Origin: Solirubrobacterales bacterium | GTDB taxonomy: Bacteria > Actinomycetota > Thermoleophilia > Solirubrobacterales > 70-9 | DNA: 64,000 nucleotides | Assembly: GCA_036794585.1 (NCBI GenBank) | Contig: DAIRGH010000001.1 | Location: 6,964 to 70,963 of the forward strand | Direction: 5' to 3' | Shown here: positions 32,875-42,424 of the stretch, one piece after another | Layout: the number at the start of each line of letters is the position of its first letter | Numbering within the stretch: the stretch's first letter is position 1 | Notes under the pieces: generated by a model | Told to the model about the DNA's origin: nothing | Databases searched by the model: none | The model's input: the letters and a program-made list of their open reading frames with translations, nothing else | Position numbers and translations under genes: made by a program

Positions 32875-35127
32875 CAGGCGCCAGGCGGTCACGTACATCA
32901 CTCGATCACGCGAAGGTGGAAAGGGAGGCATGCCGAGCTTGCGGTAAGTGTCAACCTCATCGATCTCGATGTTGTGATAGCCGGCAGCGTGGAGACGTGC
33001 TCTCACGTCGTGGGGAGCAGTCTTCCATGTGTGGTTGTCGCAGACTGCGTTGCGGTTGCGTGCGTCTGAGGGGATGGCAGCAACGAGCGTCCCCCCTGGC
33101 TCTAGAACACGCCACAGCTCTGCCAATGTTGCGTCAACGTCGAATGCGTGCTCGAGGCTGTTGTCCGCATAGATGCAGTCGAATGACTCGTCCTCAAACG
33201 AAAGTGCGCGAAAATCCTCAACAGCGAACGAGACGCGTCGCGAAGCGTTCTCGACTTGCGCCCTGGAGATGAAGTCCGTGCCCACGTCGACGCCCACGAC
33301 CTCGGCCTGCGGTAAGAGCTCAGCGATTCGGGCGCTCCATCGTCCCGTGCCACATCCAACGTCGAGGATGCGGCGGCGATCTCGCGGGATACGGTCCTGG
33401 AGGTGGTGCGACTGCCGGTCGTTCCTATCGGCCCCGAGCACAGCATCGTACTCGCGCCGGACTTGACGCTCAGCTTCCTCCAGCGCGCTGGCGCTACTCG
33501 TAGATTGCAACTCCGATTGCGCCCTCGCGACCATGTCGGACACGGTGATCAGCCGCACCCGAGGCTGAGCAAGCAGCTGCCCCACCCCGTTCATGATCGA
33601 GGGGATGTCGAGATCGCTCTTCGTATGTCCGACAAGCACACAGTAGTCGTGCCTAACGAGCGTCTCGCGCTCATACGGCGTCATTAGGTACATGAGCCTC
33701 TTTGGCAGCGCGCGGTTGATCAACGGCCGCATTGATCGCAGATCGTGGTAACCCCGGCTGAGCACCCGCTGAAGCTGGTATCTGCGTCGCATGGCCTCGG
33801 GCGACGGCTCGCGTGCCCGGAGCGCCCGGACATGCTTGACGAGCGTGTCGGCAAACGAGGAGCAGTCCGGGGGATCGAACGACCATCGCTGCCCATTTCC
33901 TAATGCAAGGATCGGGAGCTCAATGATCGCCCGCTCTGCTGGCGGCGCCTTGAGTTGCGGATCGTAACGACTCGCGAAGTACGGCTGGCCGGCCGAGTAG
34001 GCCAGCCGGTAGTCGTAGTGTCGCTCCGGATGAATTCCGTCCGCGTACACCGACGAATCGCACACGATGTCGTTCGCCGCCAGCGCGTCGTAGATCCGCG
34101 CGAAGGGCTGGGCCTCATAGGCTCCCGCGCGGAACGCGGTGACGCGATACTCAGGCACCATGGGCCCGATTGCTCGCAGCAGTGTTTGCTTGCACTCGGC
34201 GAGCAGCTGTGTGAGGTCGCCGGGATAGTCGTGCGCCCGCGCTTTCGACCAGTCCCATGTCCACTCGCCGTCGTCGCATCGAGCGCCCAGTTCCGGCAAC
34301 CAAGTCGGATGTAGGTGCAGCTGGACGTCGTGGCCACGAGCGACAGTCTCTGCCCACTGCTGTTCCATCCGCCGCGCGAGCAACGGGCTGTGCTGCCGGA
34401 GCCAGGCGTGCTCTCCAAGCTCGGCGAACAGCGTAAAGCTCGCCGGTACGCCGTCGAAGGCCTCGAGCAGCGCGGCCGTCGGAGAGAATACGTCCGCCTC
34501 CCAGTCGATTCGGCGGCCCGGGGGAATGGGCTGCCAAGTCTCGTAATCGATCGTCAGTGCCACCAACGTCAGCCGAGGCCGAGCCGCGATCACGACGTGG
34601 CCAGAGTCGAGGACGTCGAACCGCTCGATCGCGAAATACTGCTCGGTTAGCCGGCGGAGCTCGTCGGCGGTCAAATAGTCTCCGCCCGGCGCCCAGGCCG
34701 CCACGAACGCAAGCCCGTCCGACTCGAGGTGATCGGCGATCCATTCGAGCGCGCGCAGGCGCCCTCCCTTCGATAGGTAGTACACGACATCGCTGAGGAC
34801 GATGGTGTCGAACGCGGCGTCGCTCACCGGAGTCTCATCGAGCCGACCCGCCGACCCCACGTGGAAGTCGATATACGGATGGCGGTCTCGGCCCTGCGCT
34901 ACCGCCGAGGCGGACAGCTCCACACCGACCAACTCTTTGTATTCACCTCGGAACTGCGCGAGAAACGCACCGTTGCCGCATCCGATATCGAGAATCCGCC
35001 CACTTCTGCGAGCGTTTTCGCGGATCACTCGTCGGTAGAGTTGATATCGGTCACTGTCGGCGTCGCCGATGGCCCACGGATCGGGCGAGTTGCGATACAG
35101 GCGCTCGAAGTCTCGCTTGACCCTCAT
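32866..35127 (-). CDS. tri-domain protein: SAM-methyltransferase / deacetylase-like (TIDYE..LHLHP..FRAG) domain / SAM-methyltransferase
   Basis: N-terminal motif I is ILDIGCGNGAFLAQF. The central ~380 aa carry LVALTIDYETW, HDVQLHLHPTW and TAFRAGAYE. C-terminal motif I is ILDVGCGTGRWSARIA, with FDCIYADNSLEHA. Its ATG overlaps the TGA of Wzx (ATGA at 35124-35127). Confidence 0.75.
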   Translation of the reverse strand: MRVKRDFERLYRNSPDPWAIGDADSDRYQLYRRVIRENARRSGRILDIGCGNGAFLAQFRGEYKELVGVELSASAVAQGRDRHPYIDFHVGSAGRLDETPVSDAAFDTIVLSDVVYYLSKGGRLRALEWIADHLESDGLAFVAAWAPGGDYLTADELRRLTEQYFAIERFDVLDSGHVVIAARPRLTLVALTIDYETWQPIPPGRRIDWEADVFSPTAALLEAFDGVPASFTLFAELGEHAWLRQHSPLLARRMEQQWAETVARGHDVQLHLHPTWLPELGARCDDGEWTWDWSKARAHDYPGDLTQLLAECKQTLLRAIGPMVPEYRVTAFRAGAYEAQPFARIYDALAANDIVCDSSVYADGIHPERHYDYRLAYSAGQPYFASRYDPQLKAPPAERAIIELPILALGNGQRWSFDPPDCSSFADTLVKHVRALRAREPSPEAMRRRYQLQRVLSRGYHDLRSMRPLINRALPKRLMYLMTPYERETLVRHDYCVLVGHTKSDLDIPSIMNGVGQLLAQPRVRLITVSDMVARAQSELQSTSSASALEEAERQVRREYDAVLGADRNDRQSHHLQDRIPRDRRRILDVGCGTGRWSARIAELLPQAEVVGVDVGTDFISRAQVENASRRVSFAVEDFRALSFEDESFDCIYADNSLEHAFDVDATLAELWRVLEPGGTLVAAIPSDARNRNAVCDNHTWKTAPHDVRARLHAAGYHNIEIDEVDTYRKLGMPPFPPSRDRVMYVTAWRLSA

Positions 35128-36578
35128 CGCCGCCCGCCTCCAGCGCCGAAGGCTGTACCGTGACGTCCCGGTATTGCGCGGTACAACGTTCTCGCGGCCT
35201 CTCTGAATCTAGGCCTCAGCTGTGCGTACCCTCCTGGTGTTTCGGCGAACAGCCGCATGTGAAGGATTAGTACGAGGGTGTAGCCGATCGATGACGCGAT
35301 CGATGCGACGTAAGCGCCGTAGACAGGTATCAAGGCGAGGTCTAACCCCAGAACAACTACGACGCCTGGGAGCCATACGATCACCGCGCGAAGTGGGTAC
35401 CCCGTGCCTGCGAAGTGCTGCGCCAGGATGTTGAGGAGGCCGAGGCTGAACAGACCTGGCACGAGCCATAGGAACAGGGGGATTGCGCCTGTGAACTCGG
35501 AGCCGTACACGAAGCCAACCGCGGCATAGGCAAGCAGTGCTGCCATAAGACACACCACGCCGTAGCTGATGGCTACGACTCGGAACACAAGCGCCGTAGC
35601 TTCATACGTCGCTCCGCGAGCGATTCTCGGAAAAAGGTTGAGGGCGACAATTGCAGGAAAGAGGTAAAGCATGTCGGCGAGGTTGACGGCAACCGCATAC
35701 TGCCCTGCCTGCTCGTTGCCCAGGTAAGCGTTTACCAGCAGTAGGTCAACCCGGATCACCAGATAGGCGGCGAGCGCGGCAAGGTACGCGCGCATCGCGT
35801 ACTTGACCATCCCGCGCGCCAACGGCCAATCAGCTCGGCCCGGGCCCCCGCGCGCCACCACGAGAGCAACCGCCGTGCCGCAGGCCGCGACCTGGTTCCC
35901 GACTACGAGCGCAATCACTCCGAGCGTTCCGAAGTTGAAGACCAGAAGCCCCAAGAAGAGGGCGCCCAGGAAGAGCAAGCCGATGACCACGTCCGACCCG
36001 TTGTATGCGACGGTGCGACCCTCGCCCAGCAAGATCGAGCGAAAAAGCATCGCCGCCAGCGCAGCGGGAATGCCGATCGCAACGAGCGCCAACTCGAGTC
36101 CATCAAGCCCAGTCAGGAGCTGCGGAACCCAGAGTTTGAGGGCGAGCGTGATACCGATCAGCGCCAGACCGAGCGCCGCGGAGAGCCATAGCGAGTTGGC
36201 CACGATCCGCGCCCGCGTGTCGCCGTCTCGCGCCACGAAGTACTGATTCGCACTGACGAGACCAACGTTGCCGAGGTACGCGAGCAGCGCGATGAAGCTG
36301 ACAGCCACGGCAACGTCGCCCCGACCGGAAGGTCCAAGCGCACGGGCCACCGCGATCGACCCGACGCCCGCCGACAAGACGAGGACGGCCTTGCTCGCCA
36401 ACATCAACAGCACGTCGGTCTGAAAGGCGCCTGCGGATGGCGCAACGGAGACGTCCGGAGCTCGCTGCGCGAGCCATCCCCTAATTCTGCTCGCCGCTTG
36501 GCTCAAGCGTTCTTTCGGATCCGACTCCCGGTGAGCTCCAAAGTCTTCACCAGCTCGAGGGCCTCCTGCACGCGGCAA
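35124..36578 (-). CDS. oligosaccharide flippase (Wzx-like, MOP superfamily)
   Basis: 484 aa with about 12-14 hydrophobic segments, a typical Wzx size and a Wzx-like position next to modification enzymes. The annotated start overlaps the upstream gene by 76 nt, so the true start may be internal. Confidence 0.8.
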   Translation of the reverse strand: MPRAGGPRAGEDFGAHRESDPKERLSQAASRIRGWLAQRAPDVSVAPSAGAFQTDVLLMLASKAVLVLSAGVGSIAVARALGPSGRGDVAVAVSFIALLAYLGNVGLVSANQYFVARDGDTRARIVANSLWLSAALGLALIGITLALKLWVPQLLTGLDGLELALVAIGIPAALAAMLFRSILLGEGRTVAYNGSDVVIGLLFLGALFLGLLVFNFGTLGVIALVVGNQVAACGTAVALVVARGGPGRADWPLARGMVKYAMRAYLAALAAYLVIRVDLLLVNAYLGNEQAGQYAVAVNLADMLYLFPAIVALNLFPRIARGATYEATALVFRVVAISYGVVCLMAALLAYAAVGFVYGSEFTGAIPLFLWLVPGLFSLGLLNILAQHFAGTGYPLRAVIVWLPGVVVVLGLDLALIPVYGAYVASIASSIGYTLVLILHMRLFAETPGGYAQLRPRFREAARTLYRAIPGRHGTAFGAGGGRR

Positions 36579-37483
36579 GGGGTCAACTTCAGACGCTCCA
36601 GCAGACTCGCCGTGAAGTCCATGAATAGGCCGATGCGCCGTCGTACAGCCTCCTTGTCGCCGATCAGCGCGAACTTGCTGGCCGTTCGCCTCGTTTCACC
36701 ATGGAACAGATGATCGAAGTGCACCACGACGACCATCACGCCACTGCGCCCGAGCCACGGGACCGCTGGCCACTGGCGCAACGCCGCCGAGGGCGGAGAA
36801 GGCCACCTGCGTAAGCGTCCAGCCGCACCGCAATTCAGCCAAATACATGGGGCGAGTTCGATGACCGCGTCCGTCAAGTGATATGCGTTGTGTGAGAACG
36901 TCCCCGTGCGTCCGCCGATGTTGAGCCTGCTGCTGTCAGCGGCGAAGCCAGCGTCATCGATCCCGCTGACAAATGCCCGCCAATCGTCCGCAGACGTGCC
37001 CGTGTCCCAGCCTCCGGCACGGAAAGCGACGGGCCTCCCTAGCGGCAGCCCGGCGTCCACGAGTACCTGGTTGTACACGTCGCGTAGCTCAGCCGCCCAG
37101 TCAGCCCACGAGTGACGGTTACGTCGAACGACGTCGTACCACATGCTCGCGCGACCCGGGTATCCGGCGACTGGGTTCGAAAAGGGCTTGCGATCGACGG
37201 ATCGAACGCCGCTGTCCCAATCGAAGAGGCAATGGTTGTGCACGTGGAGTTCATTGCGGGCGCGCTCGAGCACGGCGAGCTCCTCTGTGAATCGCCGGTA
37301 CCGGTCAGGATCGGATCGCCGGAGGACCGCAACGTGCTCAAGCGACAGAAATATCGCGAAGGGAAGTTTGTGGGAGCGGGCCGACTTGGCCCACTGCGCC
37401 ATTGCGACCATCCACGAATCACACTGTTCCGCATAAAAAGCCTCGAAGTCGACCGTCAAGAGTGCCAACCGTCGCTCCGCCAT
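36503..37483 (-). CDS. stand-alone deacetylase-like protein, paralogue of the central domain of 32866-35127
   Basis: The start was set to MAERRLALLTVDFEAF, 5 nt after the stop of the upstream gene. The shared motifs are LLTVDFE, ELHVHNH and VAFRAGGWD. Assignment to the polysaccharide-deacetylase fold is tentative. Confidence 0.6.
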   Translation of the reverse strand: MAERRLALLTVDFEAFYAEQCDSWMVAMAQWAKSARSHKLPFAIFLSLEHVAVLRRSDPDRYRRFTEELAVLERARNELHVHNHCLFDWDSGVRSVDRKPFSNPVAGYPGRASMWYDVVRRNRHSWADWAAELRDVYNQVLVDAGLPLGRPVAFRAGGWDTGTSADDWRAFVSGIDDAGFAADSSRLNIGGRTGTFSHNAYHLTDAVIELAPCIWLNCGAAGRLRRWPSPPSAALRQWPAVPWLGRSGVMVVVVHFDHLFHGETRRTASKFALIGDKEAVRRRIGLFMDFTASLLERLKLTPCRVQEALELVKTLELTGSRIRKNA

Positions 37484-37488
37484 GGCCC

Positions 37489-38430
37489 CTAAGCCACCAT
37501 CCCGGTGCGCTCCTCGAGGCGCCGCTCGACCTCGTCCGCCAACTCTTCGAGTCGGGACCAGTCGGGCCGTGCGCCGCTTCCGAGCCACGCGGGCAGCACG
37601 GAGGCCCAACGCGGCCGCAGCTTCCCGCTCGGCAGAGCCGCGTTAGCGAGGACGAGGCCCATCCTGGCGGTTTCCTCAGCGTTGGAGCCGGTGTCAACGA
37701 GGCGGCGTTTGATGCTGTGCTCCCGCTGCCCCCCGGCTTTTGCCCATGTTGTTTGGGTGTATGGGACACCGCGCCACGTAGAGACCTCCTGCCTCACGAT
37801 CAGCCATCCGACGTGTTCGAGAACCGCGTTCGCCGACCCACTATTGAAGTACGTGAAACCCGGTCTCCTCAGAAGGCCGTTCAGCAGTTGATCGGCTCGA
37901 GCGCGGAGGCTGCGGACGTCGCGCATTCGGACCGCACTCACCATCTCCATCAACGGATACGCCTCGGTTTCCTCGCTGTAGATCAGCCACCCTCCATCCC
38001 GAACCCAGGTACGGAAGCGGCGGACCATGGCCTCCCGATCTGAACCACCGTGAGACATCAGATTGCTAAGAACAAGGTCAGCTCGTCTGGGCGTTCGATA
38101 CGAGGTCGCGTCGGCACGATCGAACCGCACGTGACCGTGATCCGCAATCCGCGCGACGTGTCGGCCCAGCCAGATCGACCGGCGACGAACGTCGATCCCG
38201 ATAACTTCTTCGAAGAGCTCGGCGAGCGCGAACGTCAGCATGCCCCCGCCTGCCCCGGCATCTATGGCCAGCTCGCGCCGTGAGAGGTGAATGGGCTCCA
38301 ACAGCCGTCGAATCGACTCCGGCGCCTTCAGCATGCGTCCTGCCACGTAGCCGATCTCGCCCGGCCAAGTGGCGTGTTTGTGCGCCCACGCACCAGCGGA
38401 GTCGAACCTAGTCAGGCTTCTGTGTAACAC
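37489..38430 (-). CDS. class I SAM-dependent methyltransferase-like protein
   Basis: Motif I-like AIDAGAGGGMLTFALAELFEEVIGIDV and ADLVLSNLMSHG. Confidence 0.7.
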   Translation of the reverse strand: MLHRSLTRFDSAGAWAHKHATWPGEIGYVAGRMLKAPESIRRLLEPIHLSRRELAIDAGAGGGMLTFALAELFEEVIGIDVRRRSIWLGRHVARIADHGHVRFDRADATSYRTPRRADLVLSNLMSHGGSDREAMVRRFRTWVRDGGWLIYSEETEAYPLMEMVSAVRMRDVRSLRARADQLLNGLLRRPGFTYFNSGSANAVLEHVGWLIVRQEVSTWRGVPYTQTTWAKAGGQREHSIKRRLVDTGSNAEETARMGLVLANAALPSGKLRPRWASVLPAWLGSGARPDWSRLEELADEVERRLEERTGMVA

Positions 38431-38746
38431 CGATTCTCCTGTTTCATGGTGGCCTCGGCTGGGCGGCTCAGAAGGGTAGCCGCGCCGAGACTGTTAGACG
38501 CCCGACGGAGGGACTCCCAAAGCCTTCGATGAACCGGACAGTACCCAGGCTGGTCCGGCCGCCCGTGGTAGCGACCTGACTACGGGCGGGCCACGAAGTC
38601 GATCCAAGTAGTCGGGCGAAAGCCTGAGGTGCGTGCGATGTCATATCCATAGACGTTTCCAAAGGCGCCGCCCCGGTGTGTGTCGTGGCGCTCGGACCCG
38701 CGCGGACGGAGGACGATTTCTCATTCGTGCAAAATCGACCGTCGAA

Positions 38747-40711
38747 ATGCGGGGAGCAGTTTTACGGCGCCTGTGCCGCGAGTTCGAGCTGACCGGTTAC
38801 CGACCGGGAAAGCTCGTCGCGGAGTTGTCTTATCGAGGCCGCCGACGCTTGCAGCGCAAGCGTATCCGCCGATCGTATTCCGCCGTGGTCTCGCCGCAAC
38901 CCGGGCGAGTTCGCTTCCGATCGCTCTCCATCCAGCCGCCGTCGCGCGAGGTGCCTCAAGAGTTGCGGTCGGCTGCGGAGGTATTGCTCTCCGAGGCCGA
39001 GGCAGCGCTTCGTGTCGAGTTTGATTTGCTCGGTTCCGGTCCGACGGCGCTGGGTGATCCAATTGATTGGCATCGCGACTTTAAGAGCGGGTATAGGTGG
39101 CCGCTGGACTTCTACCTCGATCTGCCCGTAACACGTCTCGATGACCCGAGCGACGCCAAGGTGCCTTGGGAGCTCAGCCGCGCTCATCAGCTGGTCGTAC
39201 TGGCGCGGGCCGCTCGGCTCACGGGTGAAACTCGCTTCAGCGAGGCGGTCGCCAATCAATTCGAGTCCTGGCTCGATGCGAATCCTCCAGGCCAAGGCAT
39301 CAATTGGGTGAATCCGATGGAGGTCGCGATCAGGGCGGTGAACTGGATTTGGACGTTGAATACTCTTGACGAAGCGTCTCCGATTGACCCTGTGGTTCGC
39401 GATCGAGTTGTGGCGTCTCTTACGGTGCATGGACGTCATATCGCGGCAAATCTCGAGGGATCGCCGCGGCTTCGAAGTAATCACTTCCTCTCGGACATTC
39501 TCGGCATGCTCGCGATTGGGGCTGTGATCGATGAGGACGCGGGAATTAAGCGGGGCTTCGACCGAGCGCATCGCTGGTTCGAACGCGAGATTCGGGCCCA
39601 GGTGTTTCCGGACGGAGCCAGCTTCGAGGCCTCAGTTGGCTACCACGGCTTGGCGCTCGAGATCTTCATGCTGGCTCGCTGGATCGCAAATGCGCGGGAG
39701 AGACCGTTTTCGGCCGGATTTGACGCCCGTCTCCGCGGGATGGTCGAATTCTCGGCGCGCATCCGCCACGCAAACGGGCGAGTTCCGCTATTCGGCGACT
39801 CCGATAGCGGTCGTGTCTTGCCCTTTTCGTCGCACAGGCTACCCAGTCACGATCACCTTCTCTGGTTCGCGTCCGCAACCCTTGGCACTCCCCTGCCCGC
39901 CGGCGCTTCCGGCGGTGAGGAGACTGCATGGACACTCGGCGTGAGCGCGTGGCGCGAGGCGCGCGCCCGGCTTGCGGGTTCTCCGGACATTCCGGCGGCC
40001 TTTGAGTCCGGCGGTATCTACATCCTCACCAACGGAGGCAATCACCTAGTAGTGCGCTGCGGAGATGTCGGCCAGAACGGGAACGGAGGCCACGCTCATA
40101 ACGATTCGCTGTCGTTCGAGTTTTCTCGCGGTGATCAGGTCTTGGTGGTTGATCCGGGCACTTACGTCTACACAGCCGACGTTGATGCTCGTCATAAATA
40201 TCGCTCCACGAGCGCCCACAACACGGTTTCCGTCGCCGCGGCGGAGATCAACCCGATCGATCGTCTGCAACCGTTTAGGATGCGCCAAGAGGCCACGCCC
40301 CGCCTCGAGCTGTGGGCGCCTCGCGGAGACCCTCACCGTCTCATCGTTTCCCACGATGGCTATCGCAGGCTTCCGCAGCGTGTAGTACACCGACGGGAGT
40401 TTCGGCTCTTCACCGACGACGACCGACTGGAAATGGCCGACACACTCGAAGGGGAGGGCACGGTCGCGTTCGTTTCCTCGATCCACCTCGCGCCGGAATG
40501 GTCGGTCGAACTCAAGCAGAATTGCGCTATCTGCCGACGGGATGACACGCAGGCCAGGATCACCATTACTGGTGCGATTGAAACTGTGCGACTACGCTCG
40601 GATTGGGTGTCGTCATCGTACGGAAGCCAAACACCGGCGTCCACGATCGAAGCCGCCGGAGCCAGCGAGCTACCGGCGATGATTCTGGTGACCGTCGCAT
40701 TTGACCGATGA
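38747..40711 (+). CDS. heparinase II/III-like (alginate-lyase N-domain + heparinase II/III C-domain) protein
   Basis: WHRDFKSGYRWP, VPWELSRAHQL, GINWVNPMEVAIRAVNWIW, RSNHFLSDILGMLAIG and NGGHAHNDSLSFEF. The start was set to the ATG at 38747 (MRGAVLRRL) because upstream codons are Arg-rich. Confidence 0.85.
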   Translation: MRGAVLRRLCREFELTGYRPGKLVAELSYRGRRRLQRKRIRRSYSAVVSPQPGRVRFRSLSIQPPSREVPQELRSAAEVLLSEAEAALRVEFDLLGSGPTALGDPIDWHRDFKSGYRWPLDFYLDLPVTRLDDPSDAKVPWELSRAHQLVVLARAARLTGETRFSEAVANQFESWLDANPPGQGINWVNPMEVAIRAVNWIWTLNTLDEASPIDPVVRDRVVASLTVHGRHIAANLEGSPRLRSNHFLSDILGMLAIGAVIDEDAGIKRGFDRAHRWFEREIRAQVFPDGASFEASVGYHGLALEIFMLARWIANARERPFSAGFDARLRGMVEFSARIRHANGRVPLFGDSDSGRVLPFSSHRLPSHDHLLWFASATLGTPLPAGASGGEETAWTLGVSAWREARARLAGSPDIPAAFESGGIYILTNGGNHLVVRCGDVGQNGNGGHAHNDSLSFEFSRGDQVLVVDPGTYVYTADVDARHKYRSTSAHNTVSVAAAEINPIDRLQPFRMRQEATPRLELWAPRGDPHRLIVSHDGYRRLPQRVVHRREFRLFTDDDRLEMADTLEGEGTVAFVSSIHLAPEWSVELKQNCAICRRDDTQARITITGAIETVRLRSDWVSSSYGSQTPASTIEAAGASELPAMILVTVAFDR

Positions 40712-42042
40712 GCCGCATGCCCCGCGACGGCAACGCACCGGCGGTGATCTGGCCTCCTGTCGATGTATGCGTCGCAGTCGTTTCGCACCTGCCACTTGAT
40801 GCACGGGTCTGGAAGGAGGTGCGGACCCTGGCAAGGTGTGGACTATCGGTGCGATTGATCGGGTTGCGCTACGACATAGAGGCGGTCGTGCGCGAGTCTT
40901 GCGACGGTATCGAGGTGGTTGCGCTCCCATTCGGGATCCGCGGCGATCCGAAGAGCAAGGTAAGGGGTCTACTTTCGTTGTGGCGGGAGATCCTCGCGTC
41001 CCCGGCTCGCGTGTACCACTGCCACAACATCCATCCGGCGCCGGCGGTTTGGATTGCGAGTCGGCTTCGAGGTGCCAGCGTCGTCTATGACGCCCACGAG
41101 CTTTACGGCGAGCAGCGATCGGAGGATCCGTTCGTCGACCGTCTCGCCGCGCGTGTCTCGTTTGCAATCGAACGGCTCATGGTCCGCCGCAGTTACGCTG
41201 TGATCACGACGAACCCATCTCGAGTCGCCGTCCTGCGACGGCGCCATGGGCGCGAGTCGATCATCGTTCTCGCCAACGTGCCATCGTTGGTCGGCGAGGT
41301 CGTTCCCTTAAATCCAGGGTTTCCTTCTCATCGACGGATACTCCTGTATCAGGGCGGCATCTACCCGAACCGCAGCCTGATCGAGGCGATCGAAGCGCTC
41401 CCATTACTCAATGAGCTCGATCTCGTCATCCTCGGATTCGGCCGCGACTCCGAGATCGCGCGCTTGCGCGAGGCCGTGCGTCGTCACCACGTGGAGGATC
41501 GCGTCCACTTCCTCGGCCCCCGCCCGTTCGACGAGCTCGTCCGAACGGCCGCCGCGGCGACGGTCGGACTGGTCCCGATTAGGCCGATGAACCTCAATTC
41601 CTACCTGGGAGATACGAACAAACTGCATGAGTACCTAATGGCGGGCCTGCCGGTCGTTGCCAGTGACATCCCCGAAATCAGGCGAGTGATCAATGCCGGC
41701 GACCCCCCGGTGGGCGAGGTGTATGACCCTAGTTCACCTGCGGATCTCGCGGCTGCGGTCAAGCGAATCCTCGCCGACCCTGCCCTGCTCGATGCCCGGC
41801 GACGGGAGGCGCGCCGGCTTGCACTGGCAGAGCTCAACTGGGAGGCGCAGGAAGGCCGCTTGAGGCGACTCTACCGGAACCTACTCGAGAACAATCCCGC
41901 AGGCACTCCCCCCGAACCCAGGGGAGCCCGGCGCGTTCTATTACGTTTGTTTGACCGGAGTACGTCTCGCCCGCGACGCTCAGACATCAGCGCGTGCTCC
42001 CGCATCACTTCTCGCCTCGCCGGCCTCGCTCGAAGGGATTGA
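40708..42042 (+). CDS. family 4 glycosyltransferase (GT-B)
   Basis: ATGA overlap with the heparinase-like gene. VAVVSHLPLDARVWKEVRTLA, YHCHNIHPAP and DTNKLHEYLMAGLPVVASD (E-x7-E-like) are present. The last ~50 codons look non-coding-like, so the true stop may have been lost. Confidence 0.8.
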   Translation: MSRMPRDGNAPAVIWPPVDVCVAVVSHLPLDARVWKEVRTLARCGLSVRLIGLRYDIEAVVRESCDGIEVVALPFGIRGDPKSKVRGLLSLWREILASPARVYHCHNIHPAPAVWIASRLRGASVVYDAHELYGEQRSEDPFVDRLAARVSFAIERLMVRRSYAVITTNPSRVAVLRRRHGRESIIVLANVPSLVGEVVPLNPGFPSHRRILLYQGGIYPNRSLIEAIEALPLLNELDLVILGFGRDSEIARLREAVRRHHVEDRVHFLGPRPFDELVRTAAAATVGLVPIRPMNLNSYLGDTNKLHEYLMAGLPVVASDIPEIRRVINAGDPPVGEVYDPSSPADLAAAVKRILADPALLDARRREARRLALAELNWEAQEGRLRRLYRNLLENNPAGTPPEPRGARRVLLRLFDRSTSRPRRSDISACSRITSRLAGLARRD

Positions 42043-42424
42043 CCCGACCCGTTCTTCGCTCGACCCCTGTCCGAGGGTTCGGGACTTCAGACCTTGACGA
42101 CCTCGGCGGTCGCCTCGCCCTCGCCAGAACCTGATCGGCTCTCTCTGAGTGTTTAACGCTCGGTGGGGATGTGGGCCGTTCTCACCGTACGTATCCAGAA
42201 AAGGCCAGATTGCGAACTGATCTCCCGCCCGTGGAATCAACCCGGGCTGCAAGCAGCGATGTGCGATGAGGTATTCGCCAACGTGGGCTGGTTGGATTCG
42301 ACGAGCGGATGAGAGCTGCGCTCGCGGGGCGATCCTGACAATGCGCGACGGCCTCCGCCCATCCCTGCAACCCGCTCCAAGCACATGCTATACGCTCTCG
42401 GCGGAGGGGTGTCATAGCGATTAG

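Noticed and set aside
36503-36578. The 76-nt overlap between the Wzx ORF start and the upstream deacetylase-like gene
   Set aside because: This is probably an over-extended Wzx start, since the first ~25 codons are polar and Arg-rich. I could not pick the true start with confidence, so the ORF coordinates were kept.
41900-42424. The odd Arg/Ser-rich C-terminal tail of the GT4 protein plus a 380-bp gap inside an otherwise tightly packed operon. I looked for a gene remnant or small RNA.
   Set aside because: No frame gives a recognisable protein fragment, repeat or stable hairpin. It is probably a degenerate spacer or internal promoter region, which I cannot support as a feature.
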